A DNA stretch of 61,502 nucleotides, counting the filler, from Chiloscyllium plagiosum (taxonomy: Eukaryota), in assembly GCF_004010195.1 (NCBI RefSeq). It is 3 parts of one record of this genome, joined end to end, with 100 filler letters (N's around TTAATTAATTAA, not from the genome) between each part and the next. Parts side by side here need not be neighbours in the genome. Positions count along the whole stretch, not along the records: positions 21,367 to 50,670 come from NC_057713.1; 2 more parts are not named here. One strand, given 5' to 3'. The translations under genes and the position numbers were made by a program. Shown here in pieces: positions 25,800 to 40,282 of this stretch (its first letter is position 1; each line of letters starts with the position of its first letter). The notes under the pieces were generated by a model. The model saw only the letters and a list, made by a program, of their open reading frames with translations. It searched no databases and was not told the DNA's origin.

Positions 25800-27660
25800 A
25801 TTGATAACTTGCAGTGACTGTAGAGGTAACAACCTGTCTTCACATTGCATTTAATGAGATATATTAAGAACCAATCTAATAGATCAGAATAAGGCATCTA
25901 TGAAATGGTGGAGACCATCAACAGCAGAATGTAATCCACCACAACGTGTGATATCATGACCCAGTTTATTCAGTACTCCACCATAAAACCAATGTGGTGA
26001 ATGTTCTGCCAGCACGATAAAACTGCAACTGCAGACATGCTGCACATAAAGATCCAGTGTCCTACTACATCCAGTTGTGAATGACAGTGGACAATTAAAC
26101 AACAGATAGGACAACACTGCTGCCTGAATATCTCAATCCTAAAAATGGCATAGTCCAACATGTATGTGCAAAAGACAAAGCTGATGTACTCAGAACCATC
26201 CTCAGACTGAAGTGGCAAGTGAATGATTCACCATGGACTTCTCCTGAGATTTTCCACCATTATGGATGTCAGCCTTTGGCAAATTTGATTTACTCCACAT
26301 GTTGTCAGGAAAGATTTCAATGCATTGATTTCAGAAGACGCTGCAGTGTTTGAAGAGTTGTGCTCAAGAACTGAAAATATACCTCTAATCAAGCTGTTCT
26401 GGTACAGCTACAACACTGGCATTATACCAGTCAAAATGGAAAATTTCTAATGTATTACCAACACAGAAAATGAAAGGCAAATCCAAACCAACCAATTACA
26501 CTTAGTCAGTTAACTTTTGAACATCAATGGTGCATTGACAATCAGCACTTATTCACCAATATCTGCTCATCAATGCTTAGTCTGGGTTGCAGTCTTGTTG
26601 TGCAGTAGTAATGTCCCTACCTCTGAATCAGAAGGCCTGCGTTCCAGCCCCACCTGCTTCAGATAACTTGTATGAACAGTTTGATTAAAATATATGCTTA
26701 GTCTGGTTATGTGAGGACCACTCAGTTTCAGAATTTATTACAGTCCTAGTCCAAATGTACATGAATCTGAATTTCAGAAGTGAAGTGAAAGTGAGGACCC
26801 ATAACATCAAAGTCGAATTTGACAAATGTGGTTTCAAGGAGTCCTAGCAGATTTAAAGTCCATGGGAACTAGAGGTTAAATTCTTCACTGATTTAAGTCA
26901 TACATAGTACAAAGAATGATGGTTGAGGTTACTGGAGGCCAATAACATCTGGACAGGACATTGCTGCAGGAACCCTGAGTACAACCACTACCAGCTGCTT
27001 AATGATTGACCATCTATCCATTGTAAGCTCAGAAGTGGGGATGTTCACTTATGATTGTGCAATTCCATTAGCAATACCTCAGGTGATGATTTAGGTCCCA
27101 TATCCAGCAAAACCGAGACACCATCCAGGCTTAGGCTGACAAGTGACAAGTAAAATTCATGCCAAGCAATGACAGTCTTCAACAGAAGAAAATTAAACAT
27201 TTCTCCTGAGGTTCAATGCCATTAGCAGTATTGAACTCCAACCCCCCCCCCCCCCCCCCCACATCATTAGTATCCTGGAGGTCGCCATATGTCAGAAGTT
27301 TAATTGACCCATCTCATATCTACTTTTACTACAAGAACAGATTAGAGGATTGAAGTTCTGTGGCTGCTAACTAGCCTTCTTATATTTCCAAAGCCTTTCC
27401 ATTCCAACAAGGTTTAGGTTCCATTGTAATGGAATATTTTTTATTTTCCTAGATAAGTGCATCTCTACAACACCAAGGAAGTCCAACAGCATCTCGAATA
27501 AAGACACTTGATTGACAGCCTATCCACTACCTTCAATATTTAAGATCTCCTCCACCTCCAGCCAACAATCATTGTAGCATTTACCAAGTATACCCTCCAC
27601 TTCAGCAACTTACAAAGGTTCCTTTAACGGAACCTCATATTTCCTTGGCATCCAGGTTGT
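25800..27660 (+). mobile_element. Degenerate non-LTR retrotransposon (RT region) with a nested SINE head at ~26585-26690
   Basis: Decayed RT-like motifs (KLF.YSYNTG, DIK..FDK, MF..DC); a similar fragment lies at ~58840-59500. Confidence 0.5.
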
Positions 27661-28379
27661 TTTTCCATATCGCATTGGACAGTTTTTCTGAGTTGAAGTT
27701 ATCATATAATTAAAAATGAATGCTGTAATTTAGGAAGGTTTCAAAAGAAGATGGAAGGCAAAGAAATTATCACAAAAAAGATACAACAACAAGATTGGTA
27801 ATCATAGGCCTGAATAAAAATTCAAAGAAACTCTTGCTAATTTGCATGGACAGATTTTTCTCGTACCTTATTCTGGCAATGGCCCATAGAGGGTGTTGTT
27901 GCATAACAAAATACAGGTTACCAATCTTCACAAAGAAAGGTAATTCTCTAATCCCGCGACTTCCCATGAGGAGATGGAATTTATGGGTAACTGGAAACAA
28001 AAATATCTTTTTATCACTTTCAAGTACAGTTTTGGTAAACACTGCAATGCTGTCCCTTTCAAACTTATAAAGTATAAAAAAGAAGCTTAATACTTCTCAC
28101 TATTTTGGCAGACTTCTAAAAATGTCCCAGAAATTCAGTTTTTGTCTTGTCTGGAACACTGGGAGCTCAGTCCTGATACAAATATACATAAGCCAGGAAT
28201 CACCACTAGAAAACTCTGAACATTGAAAATATCCTAGATATTTTGACTGCAACCTATAAAACATTTAAGCATACAGTGTTGCGTACTTAGAAAATTTAAT
28301 CATTAGGAGTAACCAAGACATTATTCACATAACAACATACTCCATCCATTGATGATAAACACATAGATTGTAAGATATG

Positions 28380-28876
28380 GTGCTGAATGCTGCAATGCTC
28401 CAGTGAAACCCACACAAACTGGAGGAACATCATCTCATCCTCAGACTAGACATTGGACAATCTTCTGGACTTAATATAAAGTTCAACACCTTGTGAACCC
28501 ACAATTGTGAACCCACTCCCCATCCTTTCTTTTCTTTTAGCTTTACTTGTTACACTCTCTGTTACCATATCTTGCCTCCCATCTCCTCACCCTAGTGGGA
28601 CTGTCTGTTCTTTCCAATCTGGCAGTTAGACACACCATTGTTCAGCCATTCTCACATTCCAATCACGTAATCTGAACTATCAACATCCTTTCTTTCCCAG
28701 CACTCCAAACCACCCCCTCCCCCGCCCACCTATTGCACAAATGCTGCCCCTCCACACTTCACATCAACTGTAATGTTAGCTTGCTTTCTCTCTATGGATG
28801 CTGCTTGACCTGCTGTGATCTCCACCATTTTTTGTTTTCAGTACAGATTTCAGCATCTGCAGTAATTTGCTCCTAC
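28380..28876 (+). mobile_element. Penelope 3' fragment
   Basis: KLEEHHLI.RL..GLNIKFN followed by a pseudo-LTR ending CAGCATCTGCAG; reverse complement of the family at 40283-40910. Confidence 0.7.
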
Positions 28877-28959
28877 ACGTTGCTGACCCAGTCAGATTAG
28901 TAACCTGCGCCCACCCCCAGCTCCCCCCCCTAAAAAAAATTTGATAATTGAATTGAGTT

Positions 28960-30430
28960 AGTCAGTCACAAGCAGGGATGTTTGTATCATATGTTCCCAG
29001 ATAGTAGAAAGACATTTAGAGAAATAGGATCCATACTCAATCATTCAGTGATTTCTATTGGAAGTAGCACGTGTAAATATCAGTTGAAGTTGGGTTCAAC
29101 TGATGAATGGGTTACTGTCCCCACTCAGTTGTCAGATGAAACCCTCGAATGCTTACTAAGAGTGGAAAAATAAGAGGGAGGTTTACAAATTCAGTGTCAC
29201 ATGATCAAATAAATTTCACTTGTCCAATGCACTGGATGACCTTGGGTCAACATTGTTTCTAAAAATATATTTCTGCACAAAGCTAGATCTAATTCAGCAA
29301 GTTGTGTATATAAAGTGTTTATACAATCCAGCAACTTGATATCTCAGAGGGCAAAAGTGCCGAGCAAGGTGAGCAGTGTGTTTCCAATAGAAGAGCGGAG
29401 GACACATCACATAGTTTCAGCTCAAAGAAAGCAGCAAAAGAAACAAAGCAAGGAAGAGTCTCTGAAAACCACATAATTTTAAAAAATTGACAACAATGAA
29501 ACAGAAATTACAATAGACTTTTAGGGGAAGTCAAGAAAGGCTTCAAAACAGGTTTAGCTAGACGCTGGTGTGGGAGTTACAATCTTGGAAGACCATTTAT
29601 AATAGCTCAAAGCAGTTGATGTTGAGCCATTGAGAAATAAATTACTAGGTCAAAGGGGCATGGATCTTCAAGTAAAAGGTCAGGTCAGTATCTCATTTAG
29701 CTTTAAGTAGCACAAGATCAATGATACTCCACATTTTAAAGAATCAAAGAACTTCTTTATTGAACAGAAATGCGTGTGTATAACTAGGTCTTCTGGAAAG
29801 AGTAAATAAAGCCCTGCAGCAAGATGTTGGAACAGAATTCCTTCGAGAATTCATATTGCTATTTCAAAGTCTAGGTAGCCTGAACAAAAAAAAATGTCAT
29901 ATTGTGTTGTTCTAAGATACTAAGCCAAAATGTCTATACACTCCCAGGAGTGGAGTACACCCACTGTTGGAGAAAGTTCGAAAGAGCTTGATGATATGCT
30001 AGACAGAGGTGTAGTGTCACCTTTTACAGAGCCAAGTAGGCAGTGCTCAGGGTTTCTAACAGATCCCAAGCTTGATGGCAAGCTCAGGCTCTGTGTAGAC
30101 ATGACACATTTGAATAAAGCAAGAGATGTCCATCCAGTGTCTGCAGTGCATGACAGTCTAGCAAAACTCATCAATTGTGTGCTTTTCACTAAGCTAGACA
30201 CTAAAATTGTTTTTAGGCAAATGCCCTTATACTGTGAGTCAAAGCTATTAAAAAGACATCATACTTTTCAGGTAATTCCATTTTAATTACCTTTCTTGTG
30301 AAATGTCATCAGCTCCAGACATTTCAGTGCACAATGTCACACAATGTGGAAGTGAAAAAAGGAGTACTTTTTCATATGAATTATATACTAATACATAACA
30401 CTACAAAGCAGGAACATGACTACAGAGTTT
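28960..30430 (+). mobile_element. Degenerate Ty3/Gypsy LTR retrotransposon (gag knuckle, protease, RT remnants)
   Basis: Decayed Cys/His knuckle at ~29360-29420; protease-like LDAGVGVTI at 29558-29584; RT motifs KLDGKLRLCVDMTHLNK..FTKLD (29930-30286). LTRs not confirmed. Confidence 0.7.
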
Positions 30431-30841
30431 AGAAAAAATGGGGACAGGGAGATAGTGAGAATACAGATAGTTCAAAGAAACAGTTAAATAATGCTCATTA
30501 GTTCAGAGAAACACAAGGGAGGCTTGGTGTAATGACAATAGATATGATATGGAGATAGTGATGGGGACCATGATGTAACAGTAAAATCAGCAGTCATGTG
30601 AAGAAAGGATTGAATAGTCTGTACTACTGAAAGATGTGAAATTAAAGAAAATGTACTATGTGCAATAGTTTAAATAAAAGAGGTTATAGAAAACTACCAG
30701 AGTCACCTGACACTCAAAAGTGGAAATGATTACAGAGCAAAGCATACCAAAGGGGAAAACATTAGTTATCGGCTCATGGCAATACAAAACAAACACTTCC
30801 CTGCATGTAGATTCTATTCCTATTCCAATAATGGCATTTAT

Positions 30842-31140
30842 GGCAGCATGGTGGCTCAGAGGTTAGCACTGCTGTCTCACAGTGCCAGGGACCCGGGTTT
30901 GATTCTCAGCCTTGGGTTACTGTCTGTGTGGAGTTTGCACATTCTCCCTGTGCTGTGTGAGTGTGTTCTGCTTTCCTCCCACAGTCCAAAGATGTGCAGG
31001 TCAGGTAAATTGGCCATGCTAAATTACCCGTAGTGTTAGGTGTATTAATCAGAGGAAATTGGGTCTGGGTGGGTTACTCTTCGGAGTGGACTTGTTGGAC
31101 CAAATGGCCCGTGCCCACACTGTAGGGAATCTAATCTAAA
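30842..31140 (+). mobile_element. HE1-like V-SINE
   Basis: A box TGGCTCAGAGG, B-box-like GGTTTGATTCT, V domain, AATCTAATCTAA tail. Confidence 0.85.
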
Positions 31141-33404
31141 CCATTGATTGTATTTGATCGCGACTTCACTGAATTCTTAATTTCAACCAGTGATCCGTCT
31201 TCCATGTTTTTCAGTGCATTTGAGTTGTACTGACGTAGCTCAGAGAAAGATGTGCAACCTCTTTAGGAGGTGTATCAGCTTTCTGAAAATTGTGTCATTC
31301 TGTAACTTGTGTATGTGTATGATCTGCATTAATATACTGCTTCCACAAAGAATTGGAAAACAGATGCTATGTTTTACGTATACCTGATGTTAACAGATAT
31401 GCAAAGTAATGCTATTAATAGGTTTGCCCTCAGGATGCAAGATTTGCATAAACAGCATGAGAGAGCAGAGTGTGAATGAAAGCAGGGATGATAGAAAGTG
31501 AACAGAGAAGTGGTAAAGGCTTTGAGAGACACATCTCAGAACAAAAACAGCAGATGACACAACTTGTAACTAGAAGACAATAGCAGTCAGAAGGGAGCAG
31601 CTGGTCAACTCCCAACTTCTGGAGTCCAATCTAGTGAATGTATCTTCACATAAGATCTTCTGTTCACCACTCATGCTGCTCAATGTAGCATGCTTCCATC
31701 ACTCACCCAGCTTTAAGACCTGGGGTTCAGAGCACACATCTAACATTGAAATGCTCTACAATGTACAGCTGAGTCAAAATTCATGGCGTCTGGCATTGCT
31801 TGGAATGTTGAGAATAACAATATAATCCTGCCTTATGCTGTCTTCTCAGCTTCCAGCTGTTTGGAGTGATGAGCATGCAGCAGAAAATATGACCAGGTAC
31901 TTTTTGTTTTTCTTTGCCACCCATAAGTTATGATAGATCAGATAAAGTTGTGTGGAGTACAAATAACAGCACAGACATTTGGACTAAATGCTGTTTTTAT
32001 GTGTTGTACATTCTATGTAATGTATGAATATCATAGCCATTGTATGATAAATGAACAGTTTTGAAAAACAGCCTCAGTAAGTGAACCATAAAACAAAATT
32101 TCCAATTTTTATTTATGTTTTCATAGATTCATAAATGTGTTTCTTTATTCACTGTAGGCTCCAGACATGAATCTATATTTTTCTCAACACCACGTGACCT
32201 TTCTACAAGGTTATGTACATCCATATGTTCAATACTGTTTCCAAATTTTGAAAGCCTTTTCTGGCATTTGTTTCTTTAACTTAGTAGAATACCAGTAAAA
32301 CCCTTACATTCAATTAATACCAAATACTTAGCATAACCACTAATGTTTCTGCCAATAGGAACCTTTCTTGTCTCTTTTTACTGAATTCATAGTACGATAT
32401 CAGTTCTGCTCTTAACTTTCTTCCATTGCTTGTCCTACTGTTTCAAATCAGTAACCACCCTTCTTTCCATCTCTCACCTGTATAGGATGTAAGATTCATT
32501 GTACAATTTTGTATTCAGAATCATTCATTCAAACAATCTGAAAATCATGGAACACCTCACACAATTTATATTCTTCCAAAGTCATGAAATTTTGAAAGTT
32601 CAAGCTGTCACCATTATTACTAAGTCTTGATTTATCTGGTCCCTTTAACTTATTTTAATGTTTGCTTTACTTCATTATTGACCCTAATCCTTATGTGGCT
32701 TTCTATTGTTTAAACACAAATCATGAAGAGGAACTGGCTTCACCAAAACATATTGACCTCTTGCAATTTGTTTGCATGCCAGTATCATAGAAGGGTCTGA
32801 TCATGATAATGATCTTACATGTTCTTTTTTGGTTCATGGTCTTCCCCATTGCTCACCCTATCAAAAAGAAAAATTCTTTTCAATAAAGTAATGTTCCTTA
32901 AATTTTGACTCATTTATTTGAGGCATGCACTATCTCAGTTCATTAGGGACAGGAGCGCAAATGCTCTAGAAATATTCTTCAAGGAGTCCCTGAAAAACAT
33001 TTGATTGAGAGTTGTGGTACAAGAATATGAACTGTTCAGGGAGATGGTCAAGTTAGATTGGTATATCTGCATTGTATGTGCTTTTGCTTGAAGTGACATT
33101 GGGGGAAGAGCAGAAAGAAGATGTTTCCCCTGGGGGAGGGATAGGAACTGACAGATGTAGTGTAATGTGACAAGCTGCACAAAAACTGTAAATCTGTCAG
33201 CAAACTCAAACATCATGGGCTTCGAAAGTAACAGAAAACAGAAATCAGTTTAACTTTGGAACATCGAATTGTCTTTATTTGGGTCACTTGTGGAGATAAC
33301 CTTTGCCTTGGAGAGGATGAGAGGAATCCTTTTAGTCACAGTAAGTCCTTACACCCACAGGAAAACTTACACATTAACATTGAACTAGTTGAATGAGCAT
33401 TGAA

Positions 33405-33510
33405 CCAATTCTGAAGAAAGGTCCCGAGACATGAAACATTCACTCTGTTTCTCTCCCGCCAGATGCTGTCAGACACGCTAAGTTTCTGTTACAATTTCTG
33501 TTTTTGTTTC
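33405..33510 (+). mobile_element. Short Penelope pseudo-LTR insertion with 9-bp TSD
   Basis: Hammerhead-like CTGAAGAAAGGTC..GACATGAAAC; TSD AGCATTGAA at 33396-33404 and 33511-33519. Confidence 0.65.
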
Positions 33511-34139
33511 AGCATTGAAAAAGTTTCAGGTTTGGGATTGCAGCATCTTATTTTTCTATACAGTACTAGGTAAGGTTAAATGTCCATAATGCAGAACACC
33601 ACAAGGGTTGAAGGCAGTAGTAATTAGGCAGTGACAAGATTACTGTTTGCAAGACCGATATTTATTGCAAAGAAAATGGAGTGAAGGAGAAGAGATAGCT
33701 AGACTAGGAAGCTGTGTAATCAGTCTTAATTTCATGATAATGAGTTGGAGGTAACACCTGCAATTAGAGTGAGTCTCACATGAACTGTGGTGTTAAGGGC
33801 AAGGTAAAAGGTTGTGTTCGGTTAAATATATTAAATATTCAGAATAACTGTTGTAATAAATGTAATTTGAGATGATCGACTTTAGTTCTGGTTCAGAGCT
33901 GAGATTGGGATCATTAATTAATGGTGATTTAAATCTGAGGTTAGGTTCGGTGTAAAGGTTGTAATGTAGGTGAGTTTAGTATAATAGGTGATGTGTATAT
34001 GGCATTTGATGAGGCGTTAAGGAAGAAGTTAGGTTAGATTTAAAACAATACTTGTAAATGTTAGGGTAAGCATCATGGGTGACAATGGAATCCGTAAATG
34101 CTTTTCAATGTTAAGGGTAACAGGGAAGTAAGTGACAAT

Positions 34140-37100
34140 GGGCTGAATTTTACTGGAAATCGGCTAAGTGTCAGTTATGGCAAGTTTCATGCAGAGTTTC
34201 TCATTGTGAAGCCTAGCGAGACTTCTCATGCTATTTTCCAAAGCTTGCCAAATTGGCTATGTACAACATCCCTTTGACACCCTGCTTATCTTCCTTCTCA
34301 CCACAGCCACAAGTATTCACCGCGGATGGGATCTTCATGGTACCAGTGCCGTTGTTAAAGCCCAGTCATGCACCTGATCAAGTGCTGTCAGCCAGGAGTT
34401 GTCCTTCGCTATGCATTTAGTGAATGGGGAATCAAAAACAAAAGCTTCTCAGGGCACATAGGTGGCATGACTGACAATTCATTGCAAACACAATTGTAAA
34501 TTCATAAATATATTACTATTTGAGAACCAAGCTACATAGATTACCTATCCTTAAACACATCCAATCTTAGAACCCTAAGGGAGTACTACTCTTTTCACAT
34601 TGTAGCCCACCATCTTTACCATCTTAGGACCATCACATACAGGAAGTCTTCGTACAGTTGAAGGCATTAATTTTTGTTCAGCAATGGCAATAGCGCACAA
34701 TAACAAACAGGAGCTGTTTTTGTCTCTGAAAACAGAGGTGAACTGCTTGCCTTTTGAATAGAAGCAAACTTAAGTCAATGGGTGAGCTTTGCATCCAGCT
34801 CTCATCTACTAGAACCAGGTATCATTAAGTCCTGTCTGACTTGTTACAAGTGAAACTGCAGTGCTATATCATGCAGAAGGTAGTGTTCCTCCTGACTTCA
34901 TCTTCCTTCTTGGAAGACTGGTGTCTCTCTCCTGGTTCTTCAGTCCATCACATTTTTTTTGCAGCGTCATCCAATTGTGCAGAGCATAACATGCTCAGCT
35001 TATGCAGCACGCTCTATCTGGGTGTATTGCAAGGCCCCACCACCCCACCAAGCTAAGCATCAGAACCTAATTTTAAGCAGGCCTATCATCCTCAACTTGA
35101 TGGCCCTGGTTGGAACATGGACAGCATTGTATTTACATTTAGCCTCAGTCAAGGTGTTGCATAACAGAGTTGTCAGCTACAGTTGCAGAGGCTAGCTCTG
35201 CACCTGAGGGGATGTTGGCAAACACTTATTGCCCAGGTCATCACGGGGAAACAAAATAAAGACATGTGATCGAGTACAAATTGCAACAGTGACAGTTTGA
35301 TGCATTCATGGCCGAGGATTGTGAAATCCCACACAGGTCCCCACTGACTCCCTCATGCCACCAATTACATATGACTTTAATGCCACTGTCTCCTTGCATC
35401 CTAAGAGCAGGAAAATCAGGGCTTCTGCCTTCATCAGGGCTTTTTCCCAAAATGTCAATTTTCCTGCTCCTCGGATGCTGCCTGACCTGCTGTGCTTTTC
35501 CAGCACCACTCTAATCTGGACTCTAATCTCCAGTGGGATAGAATGGCCAATAAATGCAGCACAATAAATGCAATAGGAGATCATAAGTGTGGTCTGATTA
35601 TTATACTTTATTTTCTCCACATCATCCAAGAAATACTGCATTGCATATTAAAGGATATTGTCAAACACTAACAGTTCAAGGTGAGAAGAAATCAGCTTCC
35701 ATGTCCTTCGACAACTTAGAACATGTACCATTAACTTTGCCCATTGTAGCCCATGGATATCATTTTGAGGTCATCTATGCTAACTTCTGCTTCACAGAGA
35801 TGACTACCTTTCAACTGCAATGATCATTGACATGGTCAAGATTGCTTGTGACCAGTATTTGCACCCCACATAGTTCACATGCAGGATGCTATGATTACAG
35901 AACAATTCAGCCTAGTCTGTGAATGAGACTGATGAATGAATTGCCCCTTGAAGAGTCTCACATTGCTCACAAGCAGAGTCTGTGTGCTCAGTCAGATTTT
36001 TAAAAGACATTCATTCCACTCACTCTGGGTGTTGTTACAGGCATTTTTCATTTTCAGTGTACATGTACACATTGCATGAATGTAAAAGGCAATGCAAGTT
36101 GCGTTGGGCGTAGTGAGTCTGAGATTCAGTCTGATAATAAAAGTCCCTCCAGACAGAAACTCCATGTTCCTTTCTTCTTGACATTCTCTGTTGAACCTAT
36201 CAGTACCCATTCTTCCATATGTTTCCACAATTTATTTTGAATTATGGTGTTTTCTCTCCACATTTGACCTTTGTTGTCTGCGGTCCACTGTCCAAACTAT
36301 AATGATATGGATCTCCTGACCATGACCTCCCTAAGCAGCTAATTGACCATTTCCATGCAGCTGCACTGATTGTGAATGCTGCACGTGTCTTGCCGTACCA
36401 GGACCACTGACTGAAGGCGATATCCCTTGACAGGATTGAGGACAACTTCCGCTAGACTTGATACATAGCCATTTGATGGCACATTGAGTGTGTTTGCGAT
36501 ACAAGCTGCTGGCACATGGTAAATGTGTGGGACTGACATATCATGGTGCCACACAACAATACATCTACCCCATTGACTGCTGACAATCACAGCTTTGTGC
36601 CTGTGCCTAAAGGAAAGTCAAGACAGAAGTACTATGAGTCATTTTGCTTGGACTGAGGGGACAAAATCCAAAGAAAAAGGTGGAGATGTGTGAACATCCA
36701 AGTAGGCACAAAGTGAGTGAGCACTAACAGAGTAAGCAAAGAGATCTGAGATGCAGTCAGGTCCAATCCATCAACTGGGTGCCTCTTCCTACAAGTATCC
36801 TGGCAGCAGCACTCCAATTAAATTCTGTGCTGCTTGGGTTAAAGTTCTGGTTAATTAGGTAGAGTAAATATGAAATTGAAATTATAGGTCCAGATTTTCA
36901 GATGGCCACATAGTCTTTCATTCCAGGGAGGATGAGAGTTGTGCATGGAGACCCTACGCAATCCCTATCCTATCAGACAAAATTATGGAATGTTCTTGTG
37001 CAGAAGGAATAAATTCAGCTAATCTGCACCAGATCTCCAAATGATAAATCCACAGTACAATTCCATCAGCTTCTCCTCATAATCCTACATATCCTTTCAT

Positions 37101-38299
37101 TTTAAATAACAGTCTAATTCCCTCTCTCTGTATCCTTTAGCCTAACACTGGAGAGGTATCATGTGTGACTAATGGTGTCTGCCTATCCCCCGATTATTGA
37201 ATTTCCTGTAACAATTGCAACTTTATTCTTTATTATTCCTCTGGGGAGAGGTGAGAAATTTCCTAAACCCCTGCACCTCACAGAATAGATGTTAAGTCAG
37301 TTCCCTGAAGTGAAAAGAATTTATTAACAATGACGCCTACAACTTCCAAAGATGCTATTTTCTTAACATGAAGGGACTGTAATGCTGACAAATCACTGTT
37401 AGAACCACTTTTGGTGGAATGGAGTGATTTTTTTTGTGTGCGGTTCTGTGGTAATGATTTGAAGTCCTTCAGAAGTCTATGTCTGTGACAATGAACTAAT
37501 CCAGCAGACGAGGTTTTGAGTGGCTGTTTGTGCACATCCCTGAGAGCCGACAGTGAAAATATTGTCTAAGTGAGTGGAGTGCAATGTTTCTGTTTGATGG
37601 GTAATTGTGTTGGCAGGAATGGGTGCTCTGATCTACTCAGAGCTGTTAGTGCCTTTTTACCAGCCTTGCCTTTTCTAATCTTGTCTTCCATCCCTTCTCC
37701 CTTCCTCTTTCACTCCCACTTTCCTTGAACCTCTTTCTAACTGTGTAACATGACATGGGATCAAGTTAAATATCTCTTCTTGTCTTTCCACCTCTCAACC
37801 TTGAATCTGAAGAGAACTGACAGAGTCGACCAATTTACCTGTCAGACTGTGTCAGCATCACTCTGGAGGTGTAAAGAATAAAAGACAGACCAAAGAAAAT
37901 GTGTGGGCATTAACTTTCACACAGGTACATCAAATCAGGAGACCAGTTCTCGGTAAAACTACTCTAAGATCAATCCATAACTTTAATTTCAACAATATTA
38001 AATTAAACACTGTCGGACATGTCATAAGAAGCTATAGGAATAAATTTGACTGGACAAAATAAACTCAGCTCTCTGCTGTACTTCCTTATTGAGATTTTTC
38101 AATGAACGCATAGAACCAAAAAGCAGGAGAGTTGTATAACTACAAAAACAGAAATTCCTGGAAAGGCTCAGCAGGTCAGGCAGCATCTGCAGAGAGAGAT
38201 CAATGTTTAAACTCCAAGGTTCAAAGACTGTCCTCAGAACAGTTGTACAGCATGTAGCTCTTGACTCGAACATTTTATTTCCCAGTGAAAATTACACCC
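34140..38299 (-). mobile_element. Decayed PIF/Harbinger DNA transposon
   Basis: Minus-strand HARBI1-like transposase remnants: GDLCGISQSSA (~35310-35345) and TRA..IGLLKIRF.CL..GALQY..LHN (~34970-35110). Candidate imperfect TIRs GGGCTGAATTTTACTGGAAAT (from 34140) and reverse-complement GGGTGTAATTTTCACTGGGAAAT (ending 38299). Confidence 0.5.
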
Positions 38300-39589
38300 A
38301 AAAAGTTATTTTCTTAGAAAAAAAACTTGCAGTTACTTTTAATATGGTATAACATCACATTTGGCTTGATAAGCCAAAATCTGTAAGAAACAAAAATCTT
38401 AGAAAGGGCCTTATGGAAATGATAAAAAGAGGAAATTTTGAGTTAAACTTTGAAGATGAAGAGAGGAATAATTAAATGAGGGTGAGTTGAAATGGATGTC
38501 TAAGACATGGTGAATGTTAATGATCCCACTATTGTATGAAATGAGGAATATCGACAGTATTAAAAATAAGGGGTAATATCATGGTGGCATTAAAAAAATG
38601 AAGATAACAATGTTCAAGTTGGTATGCTGAAGACAAGGCACATTGGAGATTAACAAAAGCCAAAAGTGAAAATTGAATGGGATCTTTTGCAAAAACAGGA
38701 TATGTTAGTTTAACCCAGGTTGAGTTGGGGTTTATGTAGGATGAAGTCAGATGAACAAAAACAGGAAAAAGTTTGGCAAAGTTAAACCCAGAGGTGGTAA
38801 AATAAGAATGACAATTTCAGAAGTGTTGAGTGATGTATTATTGCTCAGATCTTAAAATGGCACCATATGTTTAAGAGCTAGACGACATCACAACATGTGT
38901 GCATTATTATAAGAGGTTTCGATCTTTCTTTCTGTTCACTCAGTCAGCGAGCCAGTTGGCCAGTCTGCCAGTTAGTCAGTCATTTATGCTTATACGATAA
39001 TAACAATCTAAGTAAGCACATAACCCAGACTGCATATTTTATCTTTGTATTTGCTGATGGAAGCAAGCAGTTCAGTTTGGATTTTGTCAGGGAAAAGTGA
39101 GTTGAAAATACGCTCAAGCTTGCAGCTAGTGGGAGAAATCTGCAGTGGTCCTCACAGAGCCTTGTGTTATAAAGCAGCCAGCAGAATTAAAGCTGCAAGA
39201 GAGCTGGTGAGTAACTGCTGGCAACCTGAGCACGGAGCAGAGGCACCCGTAGATGTAAGAGTCGATAAAGGAAAGATGGAGGCATGGTAATCCAAAAGCT
39301 AATGGAATGACCCTCCACCCCAAAACTATAAAATCCAAACTTGGAGGATTGCTGAAACACTGAGAAGTAAAACAAATCCCTGAGGGTGTGGCATATTTTT
39401 AGATTGGTCCCTAAAGATGTTCATAAACTTTAAATATTTTTGTAATCTATAATGAAATTCTAGAGCTGGAAAGTTAAAAAGAGGAACTGAGTAAAATTAA
39501 TAAGTAATTGTAAATAAAAGTATTAAGTTGATAGTGTTCAATTTTGTTAATACATTTTGATATACAGTAAAGTGAAGAAGCATTCGGTG

Positions 39590-40280
39590 ATACACTTAGG
39601 TATAAAGAATATGGAGATACAATATAAAGTTAAAAGTGCTATGCCAAAGGGTGTGCAGGAGCAGGGCGATATGGTTGTATATATGCATAAGTCACGAAAG
39701 GTGTCAGGACAACTAATAAAACACACTGTATAATATTATAGTAACAGAGGTATAGCGTTCAAGAGCAAGGCGGTTATCGTGAATTTGTACAGGATATTAG
39801 TTTGGCCTCAGTTAGAGTATTGTGGACGTTAGGAAGGATGTGATAACATTGGAGAGAGTGCAGAAGATTTTTAGGGTAATCATTTCAGGGATGAGAAACC
39901 TCAGTTATGAAGATAGAATGGAGAAGTTGGGACTGTTTTGCTTGAGGAAGAGAAAGCTAAGAGGAGATTTGATAGAAACTTTCAAAATCATGAGGGGCCA
40001 AACAGGGGCCAAACAGAGAAAATATACCCACTCATGATAAGATCAAAAAGGAGATGACACAGATATAAGGTAACTGGCAAAAAAAGCAAATGCACAGTAT
40101 GGAAGTGTAGTGGAGTTATGTTCAAGGGAACATTGGATGGTTATTTAAATACAAATAATCTGCAGGGCTACAGGGAAATGGCAGGAGAATGGTAGCAAAT
40201 CATAATGCTAATTTGATGAGTTGCTGCAGATATGAGCCAAATGGTCTCTTTCTGCACCTTAACAAATCTGTGATTTTGTG
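39590..40280 (+). mobile_element. CR1-like LINE 3' fragment
   Basis: RKDVITLERVQKIF..KLRGDLIETFKIM (39822-40037). Confidence 0.75.
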
Positions 40281-40282
40281 AA

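Noticed and set aside
30571..30740. Possible 3' LTR of the Gypsy remnant (TGATGTAAC after a purine-rich stretch)
   Set aside because: No matching 5' LTR, CA terminus or TSD could be identified.
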